Shown here in pieces: positions 50,208-59,049 of a stretch of DNA of 64,000 bases. The stretch is from Nitrospinaceae bacterium. Its GTDB lineage: Bacteria; Nitrospinota; Nitrospinia; Nitrospinales; Nitrospinaceae. Under the pieces are notes generated by a model. The model searched no databases. It was given only the letters and a program-made list of their open reading frames with translations, and was not told the DNA's origin. Position numbers and translations under genes: made by a program. The DNA lies in contig OZ245011.1 of the NCBI GenBank assembly GCA_965223665.1, forward strand, positions 4,032,001-4,096,000, read 5' to 3'. Position 1 is the first letter of the stretch, and each line of letters starts with the position of its first letter.

Positions 50208-52793
50208 TTAAGCTAACTCTAAAAACTTTAAACGGCTCAGATAACGTTCACCTATTGTTTTCGAGTTATGATTTAATTGAATATGGTCTCTAGCTTTCAT
50301 TCCAATTAATTTTCTAAAGGATTCATCTTTGAATATTTTTTTCATATGCCAAGAAGCATGATCAATATCTGGGTTTGCCCAAACTTGGTTCTTCCCAAAT
50401 GGGTACTCATTTTCTCTTACAGGAATTAATTCGTAGTCAACTAAGCAGGAGTTGGTTTGGTCCATGAAATCTGTGTTTCCTGAATAATTAGTGCCTATGG
50501 TGGGTTTTCCTAGAAGCATAGCTTCCGCGAGTCCTCTTCCAAATCCTTCTGATCTATGAAGAGAAATAAAGCTGTCGCAGACATTGACAAGCCCTTTTAC
50601 TTCATTAGGCATAAGAACGGTATCCAAAAAAATGATTCTAGGATCACCTTTTATTTTTTGGAGTAATTCATTGTATCCACTAAGGTCAGTTTCCTTTCTC
50701 ATAGTTTTTATTACAATTCCAACTGGAGCATTTTTTTCTGGAAACGCTCTTTTAAAAGCTTCAATACAAGCATTTGGATTTTTTCGTGCTATGAATGAAC
50801 CAAAATCAAAGAAAAACAAAAACAAGAATTTGTTTTCAGGTAAATTAAAATGTTTCCGATCAAATTGCGGATATTTGAAATCCACCGCTAATGGCATATG
50901 CAAAACGGGTTTTTTTGATAAAGGAGAAATAGAATTTTGAATAAATGTGGAGGGAGACCAAATTTCATCTAATAAATTAAGTGGTTCTAACCATTCTTTG
51001 GGAAATTGGCTTAATTCCCAAGCCCAGTATCCTATATTATAACGATTATTTACATTCTCGGTTCCTAATTTTGAGATAGCGTATTGAATGGAATCAGCAT
51101 TTACGTTAAAAAGATTAACAGAGTAGGGATTGTTTTTTGAAATATATTTTTCGAACTGGTTGTCTCTCTGGGAAATCTCTTCGCAAGGAAGATCCCAAAT
51201 TATAAAAGATGTTTCCATTTCAGAAAAAGACTTTGCGACTAATCGGACGTGTTCACCCATTCCAATTTCTGCTCGTGCATAACCAATTAGATTGACTCCT
51301 TTCTTTATGTCCTGTGTTTCGCATCCAATAGGTCTGAGATTTTCCTTGTTTGGGGAAAGAGAAGTCTTCTGGTCTAAATCAAAAGCATTTCTAAAGAAAT
51401 AGGTTTTTATCTTTGACCTGAATTCAGGGCTTAGCCGCCTATAAAAAAAGCTAAAGCGTTTATAGTTTTGTAAGGACCACTGATTTATTTTTGAATATAA
51501 AGAGCCAAAAGATCTTTGAATAAGGGATGTTTTCGGATTTTCATAGGTCGGTTCAAGGCTAGATAGATCATTCTCTTTTTTCAAAGGGCATGGAGCTATA
51601 AAAGTTTTTTCTAATTTTAGTTCCTTTTCCGCAGAATTTAAAAACCATCCTATAAACTTATTCTGATCGCTTAAACGACTTAAGTCGAAGGCTTTTCTTA
51701 AATCTTTCCGATCTTTCCAAATTTGATACATTAAACGGGTTATTAAGGGCCTATCGTTCCTTTGGATATCCGGGGAAGGCTCATTAAAAAAATTAACATC
51801 AATTGAAAAGGGATCACTTGTTTTTATAAAGTTTTGGTCTAAAGTATCTCGAAAAATTGCACGCATAGCACTGGAAATTTTTTCACCGCTAATAAATTCC
51901 CCATATGCATATGGCCATTGAATGCACTCGTCAAAATGATTTTTTTTGACACGGTCAATATATTCAGAATATAAGTCTTTTAATTTTCCTATATTGCTAA
52001 TTGAGAAGCGATTTTGATGTTTAGAAAATATTTTGGGGTTTTTTAGATCAATTCCACTGAAATGGAAAAACCTTAATGGTTCTCCTTTGGCTAACCAGGC
52101 GTCACCATCTTTTTCAATTTGCCTTTGAAAAAGATTCCAATAAGCGGTGTTGTAGCCGGGATTTTTTAATATCTTGATGTTTTTAAATATGCAGGGAACC
52201 AAATCCATCCATTTTTGGTCAACAAAAATTCCTTCTTCTAAATTTATGGTGCAGTTTTTTTCGCAGTGCTTTGACCACCAATGAATTAAATTTTCACCCT
52301 CCTCAACTTTGTTAATTGCTATGAAGCCCAAGTTATACAAACCGGCTTTTAGCATATCAATTTCATTAGGTTGAAGACGGTCAGTTATGGGCTCACAAAT
52401 ATGCGGAGTGAGAACAGCAGTGGCACCCTCAGCCAGATAATTTTCAATGTGATCTAGCTTTCCCAATAAAAGGATATCAGGGTCGAGGTAAATCGCGGAT
52501 TGACAATCGGTGTTTTCAAAAAGCCATTCAAACATGTATGGCTTGACAGCGGTATTAAATTCTATAATTTCATAGCGGAAGGCAAAGTTTTTAAAATTGG
52601 CTATGTCAAGTTGATGGGCTTCAATGACTTTAAAGCTTTCATTTGCGGGATCAAAATATCCATCAATTTTATCTGCTAAACAAACATAAAGAGGATTGTT
52701 GGGATAAAACTGCTTAACTGACGCCATTAAGGTTCTAGCCAGAGCTAAATAATTTTTTGAAACAATGGTAAAAATTGCTGTTTTATTTTTCAT
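50208..52793 (-). CDS. Multidomain glycosyltransferase (N-terminal GT-A/GT8-like plus C-terminal GT4)
   Basis: NTAVKP, YLDPDI, DQKWMD; C-terminal RKNP, SLHRSEGFG..AEAM. Confidence 0.9.
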   Translation of the reverse strand: MKNKTAIFTIVSKNYLALARTLMASVKQFYPNNPLYVCLADKIDGYFDPANESFKVIEAHQLDIANFKNFAFRYEIIEFNTAVKPYMFEWLFENTDCQSAIYLDPDILLLGKLDHIENYLAEGATAVLTPHICEPITDRLQPNEIDMLKAGLYNLGFIAINKVEEGENLIHWWSKHCEKNCTINLEEGIFVDQKWMDLVPCIFKNIKILKNPGYNTAYWNLFQRQIEKDGDAWLAKGEPLRFFHFSGIDLKNPKIFSKHQNRFSISNIGKLKDLYSEYIDRVKKNHFDECIQWPYAYGEFISGEKISSAMRAIFRDTLDQNFIKTSDPFSIDVNFFNEPSPDIQRNDRPLITRLMYQIWKDRKDLRKAFDLSRLSDQNKFIGWFLNSAEKELKLEKTFIAPCPLKKENDLSSLEPTYENPKTSLIQRSFGSLYSKINQWSLQNYKRFSFFYRRLSPEFRSKIKTYFFRNAFDLDQKTSLSPNKENLRPIGCETQDIKKGVNLIGYARAEIGMGEHVRLVAKSFSEMETSFIIWDLPCEEISQRDNQFEKYISKNNPYSVNLFNVNADSIQYAISKLGTENVNNRYNIGYWAWELSQFPKEWLEPLNLLDEIWSPSTFIQNSISPLSKKPVLHMPLAVDFKYPQFDRKHFNLPENKFLFLFFFDFGSFIARKNPNACIEAFKRAFPEKNAPVGIVIKTMRKETDLSGYNELLQKIKGDPRIIFLDTVLMPNEVKGLVNVCDSFISLHRSEGFGRGLAEAMLLGKPTIGTNYSGNTDFMDQTNSCLVDYELIPVRENEYPFGKNQVWANPDIDHASWHMKKIFKDESFRKLIGMKARDHIQLNHNSKTIGERYLSRLKFLELA

Positions 52794-52857
52794 TTAGATT
52801 TGAATGAAGCTAAAAGAATAAAATAGGAAAAATATATTGAACCGAATGGTTTCTTTT

Positions 52858-53928
52858 CTAACAGTTATTTGATTTTTTTAAGGGTTTAAAAATCCTTTTA
52901 ATTTTTCCTTTTAAACCTTTTGATTCTTCTAAAGCCTTATTTGACTCTTCTAAGGCTTTATTGAGAGAAAAATTGTGATCATCCTTATTTTTTATAGATT
53001 CCAATAAAGACTGGTTATATATTTGCGCATCTTTCAGCGCTTTATCACGAGCATTAATTTCCTTAACGGCATTTTCTTTTACTTTTTTTAGCTCTTGTTC
53101 TAAAGAACGTGAATATTCTTGGCTATGTTTTAAAGATTCAGTTAATGCTTGGTTATGAGAACTTATATCCTTTAGTAAATAGTTTTCCTGGTCAATTAGG
53201 CAGCTGTTCTCAAAATCAAAAATTTCAGAATTAGAACAAATTCCTATCAAAAACTTGGTGATCTTTGAATTAGAGGAAATTAGTGAATTAAAGTTGGGAT
53301 AGTTAAAACGATTGATTTTAGCTGTGCTATAGAATTCTTTAGGATCATTGTTTGAGTTGTTATTAGTGATCTCACTGCAAAAGCGGATATCCTGTCCTAA
53401 TATCTGAACATTCTTGAAGTAGTTTTTTAAAAAGTATTCAAATTCTCGAAAATGGAACTCTTTTTTATGAAATTGATTATCTATATTTTTATAGTTCGGG
53501 GAGTCCAAATTTGGAGTGGATAAAAATAAATATCCTTCTGTTTTGAGAACACGTAATATCTCCTTTAAAAACTTTTTCTGTTCTTCTACATCAAAATGTT
53601 CCAAAGTTTCAAAAGAAACAACAGTATCTAAGCAGTGGTTTTTTAAGGGGATTTTTGTTCCATCGCTTTGTATGAAAGTTATATTTTGTTGAGGATAAGT
53701 TTTCTTAGCTTGCCGGACTGTTTCAAAATCAATGTCAATTCCAATAGTTTTCTGGGAGTATTTTCCTATAAAATGAGTCCCATACCCATTTCCGCAAGCT
53801 AAATCTAGAACAATTTTATCTTTTAAAAGTGGTGCAATTGCAATGTATCGATGCCAATGCTCAATAGCAATTATTGGTGACGAACCATTACTTGGTATGA
53901 ACCTTTCATTTTCTTCCAAATTTTCCAT
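52858..53928 (-). CDS. SAM methyltransferase with a C-terminal coiled coil (WbdD-like chain terminator candidate)
   Basis: EHWHRY, LDLACGNGYG, SFETLEH, STPN; heptad-rich C-terminus with a basic amphipathic tail. Confidence 0.85.
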   Translation of the reverse strand: MENLEENERFIPSNGSSPIIAIEHWHRYIAIAPLLKDKIVLDLACGNGYGTHFIGKYSQKTIGIDIDFETVRQAKKTYPQQNITFIQSDGTKIPLKNHCLDTVVSFETLEHFDVEEQKKFLKEILRVLKTEGYLFLSTPNLDSPNYKNIDNQFHKKEFHFREFEYFLKNYFKNVQILGQDIRFCSEITNNNSNNDPKEFYSTAKINRFNYPNFNSLISSNSKITKFLIGICSNSEIFDFENSCLIDQENYLLKDISSHNQALTESLKHSQEYSRSLEQELKKVKENAVKEINARDKALKDAQIYNQSLLESIKNKDDHNFSLNKALEESNKALEESKGLKGKIKRIFKPLKKSNNC

Positions 53929-54016
53929 AATCTAGATAGAGAGTTTTTTGATTTCTAAAGAAATTTATTGGATAGAACAGTTTAGAATAGGATTTAGTAA
54001 GCTAATGAAATATACC

Positions 54017-54841
54017 TTAGAGAACATCTGCAAAACCTTTTCGGGTTTTTTGAAACCAGGCAAACCCAAGCCATGCAATTACCAGACTGATTACGAAATA
54101 AAAAATCAAGTTGAGTAAATCAGGCATTTTCCCCCAGATCAAAACATTCCGTGTATGCTCTACAATAAATGTTAATGGGTTTAACAAAAGAATATTTTGA
54201 ATTTTTTCAGGCACAGCTGACAAAGGATAAAAAATGGGACTCAAAAATAAAAGTGCCATTGTCAAAATTCCTGTAATTTGACCAATATCCCTTATATATA
54301 CTCCAAATGATGATAGAAACCATGAACATCCCAGGGTCACTAAAATCAAGGGTAAAAGAACCACTGGCAAAAGTATTACCGTGGCAGGTAGATATGAGTT
54401 TAAAATAAAAAAGAATACGAGTAAAACTGAAACACTGATAAATGAGTGGAACAATGTTGCACCCATAGCCACCCAGGGAAGTACTTCTAATGGGAAAATA
54501 ACTTTTTTTACATAATTTACATTGTTTAAAATTAGAAAAGGAGCCCTGTTAACACATTCAGAAAATATGGAGTGGACTATAAGCCCAGCAAATAAAATAA
54601 TTGCAAAGTCTACTTTCCCATCTGTTTCGATTCCCCATCTTGATTTAAACACTATTTTGAAAACAAAAGTGTAAACAATTAGCATTAGTAAAGGATTAAA
54701 GAAAGACCATAATAGCCCCATCCAGGAACCCTTGTATCTGCCAATGACTTCTCGTTTCGCCAATTGAAAAATCAAGCTTCGATGTTTCCAAAAACTTAGG
54801 AAAATAGATTTGAAACTAATAGGATAGGTTAAGCGGGTCAT
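54017..54841 (-). CDS. wzm: Polysaccharide ABC transporter permease
   Basis: RYKGS.MG.LW...NP, YVKKVIFP, SPIFYP, LNPL, FADVL. Confidence 0.94.
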   Translation of the reverse strand: MTRLTYPISFKSIFLSFWKHRSLIFQLAKREVIGRYKGSWMGLLWSFFNPLLMLIVYTFVFKIVFKSRWGIETDGKVDFAIILFAGLIVHSIFSECVNRAPFLILNNVNYVKKVIFPLEVLPWVAMGATLFHSFISVSVLLVFFFILNSYLPATVILLPVVLLPLILVTLGCSWFLSSFGVYIRDIGQITGILTMALLFLSPIFYPLSAVPEKIQNILLLNPLTFIVEHTRNVLIWGKMPDLLNLIFYFVISLVIAWLGFAWFQKTRKGFADVL

Positions 54842-54901
54842 GCGTTGATTTGGCGTGGCTTAGGTTATAACAAAAGCTGTCTAATTTGATTGTAAAGGTA
54901 A

Positions 54902-54933
54902 ATTGCAAAAAATGAAAACATCTTTTTTGCAAT
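54902..54933. terminator. Inverted repeat (possible terminator or operator) between the aminotransferase gene and wzm
   Basis: ATTGCAAAAAA-N10-TTTTTTGCAAT. Confidence 0.4.
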
Positions 54934-54950
54934 CCATGAATTTCCCAAAG

Positions 54951-56468
54951 CTAGGAAAAATACTTTTCAATTTGGTCGGTAATGTAGATTTGCTGTTCTT
55001 CAGTTACTTCATTAGAAATAGGTAGTGCTAGAGTTTCTAAAGCAGCTTTTTCTGCGTTTGGGAAGTCTCCTTGGCTATAATTTAGACTTTCGAAACATTT
55101 TTGCAAATGCAATGGAATAGGATAGTAAATTTCTGAAGCAATTTGGAAATCGGCAAGAAATTTCCTTAATTCATCACGTTTTCCGCCGGTAACGCGGATG
55201 ATGAATTGATTGTAAATATGCTTGGGGTCCTTTTCCTGTGGCAGGCCGATTTTTGATTCTAATCTCTTTTCCCTGAAAAGATGATTGTACCTGGATGCGT
55301 TGTTTCGACGTTTTTCTGTCCAGCCATCTAGAAATTTTAATTTAGCTTTTACAATGCCTGCCTGTAAGGCATCAATGCGAAAATTTCCCCCTATCCATTG
55401 GTGATAATACTTTGGTTCCATTCCATGGATTCGTAAAATTTTTAATTTGTTATAAAACTCTTCAGAATTTGTGGTTACTATTCCGGCATCGCCAAATCCA
55501 CCCAGGTTTTTTGTAGGGAAAAAAGAAAAACAACCAAAATCTCCTAAAGAGCCAGCCCGCCGGCCCTTGTATTCAGAACCAATTGCTTGAGCCGCATCCT
55601 CAATCACCAATAGGTTATTTTTTTTTGCCAATTCATTAATGGGATCCATTTCAGCGCATTGCCCATACAAATGAACGGGCATAATAGCTTTAGTTTTTGA
55701 AGTGATTTTTGATTCAATTTGAGAAGCATCTAGATTGTAGGTAGATTCATCAATATCTACAAATATGGGTTTCGCGCCAGTCCGTACAATTGAACCGGCA
55801 GTGGCGAAGAAAGTATATGGAGTGGTAATCACTTCGTCTCCGGGACCAATCTCAGCTGCCATTAAAGAAAGTAGCAATGCATCTGTCCCGGAAGACACAC
55901 CTACCGCATATTTGCTTTGGCAGTAGGAGGCAATTTCTTCTTCTAATTCGATAACCTTTTTGCCAAGAATAAAATAGCCTGACCTTACAACATCTGCGAT
56001 TTCTTGTTCTACATCCTCCAGGATTTGCGGATATGTAGCAGGAATATTTAATATAGAAACTTTGTCAACATCAATGGGTTCATTCAAAAGTTGAATTAAG
56101 GAATTTGGAGTATAAGTCTTTATGTTTAATTCCGAGAAAGGGGTGTTGTCTAATGTAATAATCCCGTCAAGAGCGTGGTTGTTAAAAATCGCTATGGTTA
56201 GTTCATCTAAGACTGTTTTATTCTTAAGTGTTAGGACAGTTTTTAATTCACGACTGGTTAAATTTAAAACAGATATTTTGGAAAAAAAATCATTGAGTAT
56301 TTTCGTTTCTATAGACCCTTCACTTTCTTTAAATTTTTTTTGAATTTCCAATAGAAAGGGAGATGGGACCCAGCAAGCAGAGCCTTTTTCATGTATTTTT
56401 TCTAGAAGTTGATGGTCTTTTTTATAAAGAATGTCTAAGCAGACATCCATGTGTAATAGAAATTGCAT
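54951..56468 (-). CDS. DegT/DnrJ-family sugar aminotransferase (WbpE-like) with an N-terminal degenerate PIN-like domain
   Basis: SSGTDAL, PVHLYGQ, EDAAQ, SFFPTKNLG; extra N-terminal ~135 aa. Confidence 0.92.
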   Translation of the reverse strand: MQFLLHMDVCLDILYKKDHQLLEKIHEKGSACWVPSPFLLEIQKKFKESEGSIETKILNDFFSKISVLNLTSRELKTVLTLKNKTVLDELTIAIFNNHALDGIITLDNTPFSELNIKTYTPNSLIQLLNEPIDVDKVSILNIPATYPQILEDVEQEIADVVRSGYFILGKKVIELEEEIASYCQSKYAVGVSSGTDALLLSLMAAEIGPGDEVITTPYTFFATAGSIVRTGAKPIFVDIDESTYNLDASQIESKITSKTKAIMPVHLYGQCAEMDPINELAKKNNLLVIEDAAQAIGSEYKGRRAGSLGDFGCFSFFPTKNLGGFGDAGIVTTNSEEFYNKLKILRIHGMEPKYYHQWIGGNFRIDALQAGIVKAKLKFLDGWTEKRRNNASRYNHLFREKRLESKIGLPQEKDPKHIYNQFIIRVTGGKRDELRKFLADFQIASEIYYPIPLHLQKCFESLNYSQGDFPNAEKAALETLALPISNEVTEEQQIYITDQIEKYFS

Positions 56469-56528
56469 TTATTAATCGACTTTATGGATGAAATAATTTT
56501 GTGAGGCTATTTGGCGAAAAATATTAAC

Positions 56529-57833
56529 TTAAGCTTTTATAATTTTTGAGGATTTGATATTAGAACAAGCATTTCGAGTATCTACAACAATATTGGATTG
56601 CTCCACAATCAGTTCCCAATCATAAACTGAATGGTCCGTCAAAATTACGGTTATATCATAATCTTTTAACCGTTCTAATGACACACTTTTTTTTCCAAAA
56701 TATTGAGGATATTCTCTTTTAGTTCCGATGGTTTCGATATAGGGGTCATTGAAGTCAATCTGAGCTCCATATTGAGACAAAAGTTCCATTACTTTATAGG
56801 TGGGGGATTCGCGGTCATCGTCAATATTTTTTTTGTATGATAACCCCAAAAGCATAACTTTGCTTTGACTTAAGCTTTTCCCATTTTGGTTTAAGGCCCA
56901 AAGCATCTTTTTCACAACATATTCTGGCATTCCAACATTAATTTCCCCGGCCAATTCAATAAACCGGGTATTAATGCCATATTCTCTTGCCTTCCACGTT
57001 AAATAAAAGGGATCTATAGGAATACAATGGCCGCCCAGACCGGGTCCGGGGAAAAAGGGCATATACCCAAAAGGTTTAGTGCTGGCTGCTTGAATAACTT
57101 CCCATATGTCTATATTCATTCGGTCAAAAATAACCTTAAGCTCATTTACCAAAGCAATATTGACCGCGCGAAATACATTTTCCATTAATTTGGTTGCTTC
57201 TGCAGTTTGAGTGTCGGATACAGGAACAATCTTCTCAATAAATGATAAATAAAGGGTATTTGCGCATTCTAATGCATATTCAGAATCTGCCCCTACAATT
57301 TTGGGTGTAGTGGAAACATCAAAATTTTTATTATTTGGGTCTTCACGTTCTGGGGAATAAACCACAAAAAAATCTTTATTGGCCACCAGGGAATTTTTAG
57401 ATTCTAAGGCAGGTATAAGTTTTTCTTTTGTTGTTCCTGGATAAGTAGTGGACTCTAAAATCACCATTTGTTCTGGAGCCAAAAAGGGTGAGATTTGATG
57501 AGCTGTATTTAGGACAAAACTAAGATCAGGTTCTCGGTTACGATTTAGAGGAGTGGGGACACAAATTAGTACACAATCTAATTGGGAAACAAGAGAAAAA
57601 TCGGAAGTAACTTGAAGTGTCTCTTTGTGAGTCCATTTTTTTAAATCTTCGTGGGCAATATGGCGGATATAACTTTTTCCCTCTGAAATTTTGGAGATTT
57701 TTTGAGGATCAATGTCAATTCCCAAAACCTGAAATCCTGCACGACAAAAATGAACCACAAGAGGCAAACCGACGTAACCTAATCCAATAACACCTATTTT
57801 GGCAGATTTTTCTTTTAATTTATTTAATAGCAT
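56529..57833 (-). CDS. UDP-N-acetylhexosamine 6-dehydrogenase (WbpA-like)
   Basis: GLGYVGLP, CVPTP, ESTTYPG, SPER, GGHCIP, YKKN.DD.RESP. Confidence 0.93.
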   Translation of the reverse strand: MLLNKLKEKSAKIGVIGLGYVGLPLVVHFCRAGFQVLGIDIDPQKISKISEGKSYIRHIAHEDLKKWTHKETLQVTSDFSLVSQLDCVLICVPTPLNRNREPDLSFVLNTAHQISPFLAPEQMVILESTTYPGTTKEKLIPALESKNSLVANKDFFVVYSPEREDPNNKNFDVSTTPKIVGADSEYALECANTLYLSFIEKIVPVSDTQTAEATKLMENVFRAVNIALVNELKVIFDRMNIDIWEVIQAASTKPFGYMPFFPGPGLGGHCIPIDPFYLTWKAREYGINTRFIELAGEINVGMPEYVVKKMLWALNQNGKSLSQSKVMLLGLSYKKNIDDDRESPTYKVMELLSQYGAQIDFNDPYIETIGTKREYPQYFGKKSVSLERLKDYDITVILTDHSVYDWELIVEQSNIVVDTRNACSNIKSSKIIKA

Positions 57834-58065
57834 GGATTCTCAAATGATTGAACGGAATGGTACGTATTCATTTAAACGGCAAAAGTTTGGAAAAGGTTTA
57901 CGTGAATTTTAATTTTGGGGTGGAAAGAGGAGGAAAAATTGTTTCTTAAGGGATTTAAAAGGAAATTCAGTTAATTACATTTTTTGTGGATGCCGATAAT
58001 CACCATAGGGTTTAAAAGTCTTTTAGATTTTATATCTCAATTCAATCAAAAATTCCTTGAGTTAA

Positions 58066-59049
58066 ATGGAACAGTTAGGAAAAATCGCAGTAATCATTGT
58101 GAATTATAATTCGGGAGATTATTTGAGTCAGTGTTTAACGGCCTTATATAATCAAACCCGTCTCCCGGACAGAGTTTTGGTCGTGGATAACGCCAGTGAG
58201 GATGGGTCTCAATCTAAAATTTTAGATTCATTTCCTAAGGTAGAATTAATTAAATTAGAAAAAAACTTAGGATTTGCAGCAGCCAATAACTTAGCGATTA
58301 AAAAAGCAGAGGATTGTCCCTGGGTGGCTTTATTAAATCCCGATGCTTTTCCCCATTCGGATTGGCTGGAACAATTAGAAAAATCTGCTTGGAACCACCC
58401 CAATTTTTCATTTTTTGGAAGCCATATGCTCGCTCATTCAGGAAATGATCGTATAGATGGAACAGGCGATATATATCATATAAGCGGATTAGCGTGGCGC
58501 CGCGATCATGGTATGTCTGCTAAAAAAATACGGCGTATTTCCGGGGAAGTATTTTCTCCGTGTGCTGCAGCTGCATTGTACAATAGAGAAGTTTTTCTTT
58601 CCGTTGGTGGGTTTGACGAAAGTTTTTTTACATATTTTGAAGATGTAGACTTGGGTTTCCGTTTACGATTAATGGGTGAGCGATGTCTTTATGTTCCAGA
58701 AGCCAGAGTAGAACATGTAGGTTGGGGAACTACAAAACCCAAGAGTACTTTTTCCCTTTATTATGGCCACCGTAATTTGGAATGGGCTTTTTTTAAAAAT
58801 ATGCCATCCCCTCTTATTCGAAAATACTTACTCCATCATTTAATTTATATGTTTTTATATTTTGTCTGGTTCGGACTGAGGGGGCAGGGATTTACTTACT
58901 TACGCGCTAAATGGAACGCCCTATTGGGTTTGCCGACGATATGGAAACAGCGGAAAGAAATTCAAAAATCTAAAAAGGTCTCTCCTAAGATGTTAGATCA
59001 AGCTTTCGAACATCGTTGGCTCCCTATATTTAAAAAAAAGATTTCCTAA
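58066..59049 (+). CDS. GT2 glycosyltransferase
   Basis: VNYN, VDNAS.DGS, GFAAANN, LNPDA, YFEDVD. Confidence 0.93.
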   Translation: MEQLGKIAVIIVNYNSGDYLSQCLTALYNQTRLPDRVLVVDNASEDGSQSKILDSFPKVELIKLEKNLGFAAANNLAIKKAEDCPWVALLNPDAFPHSDWLEQLEKSAWNHPNFSFFGSHMLAHSGNDRIDGTGDIYHISGLAWRRDHGMSAKKIRRISGEVFSPCAAAALYNREVFLSVGGFDESFFTYFEDVDLGFRLRLMGERCLYVPEARVEHVGWGTTKPKSTFSLYYGHRNLEWAFFKNMPSPLIRKYLLHHLIYMFLYFVWFGLRGQGFTYLRAKWNALLGLPTIWKQRKEIQKSKKVSPKMLDQAFEHRWLPIFKKKIS

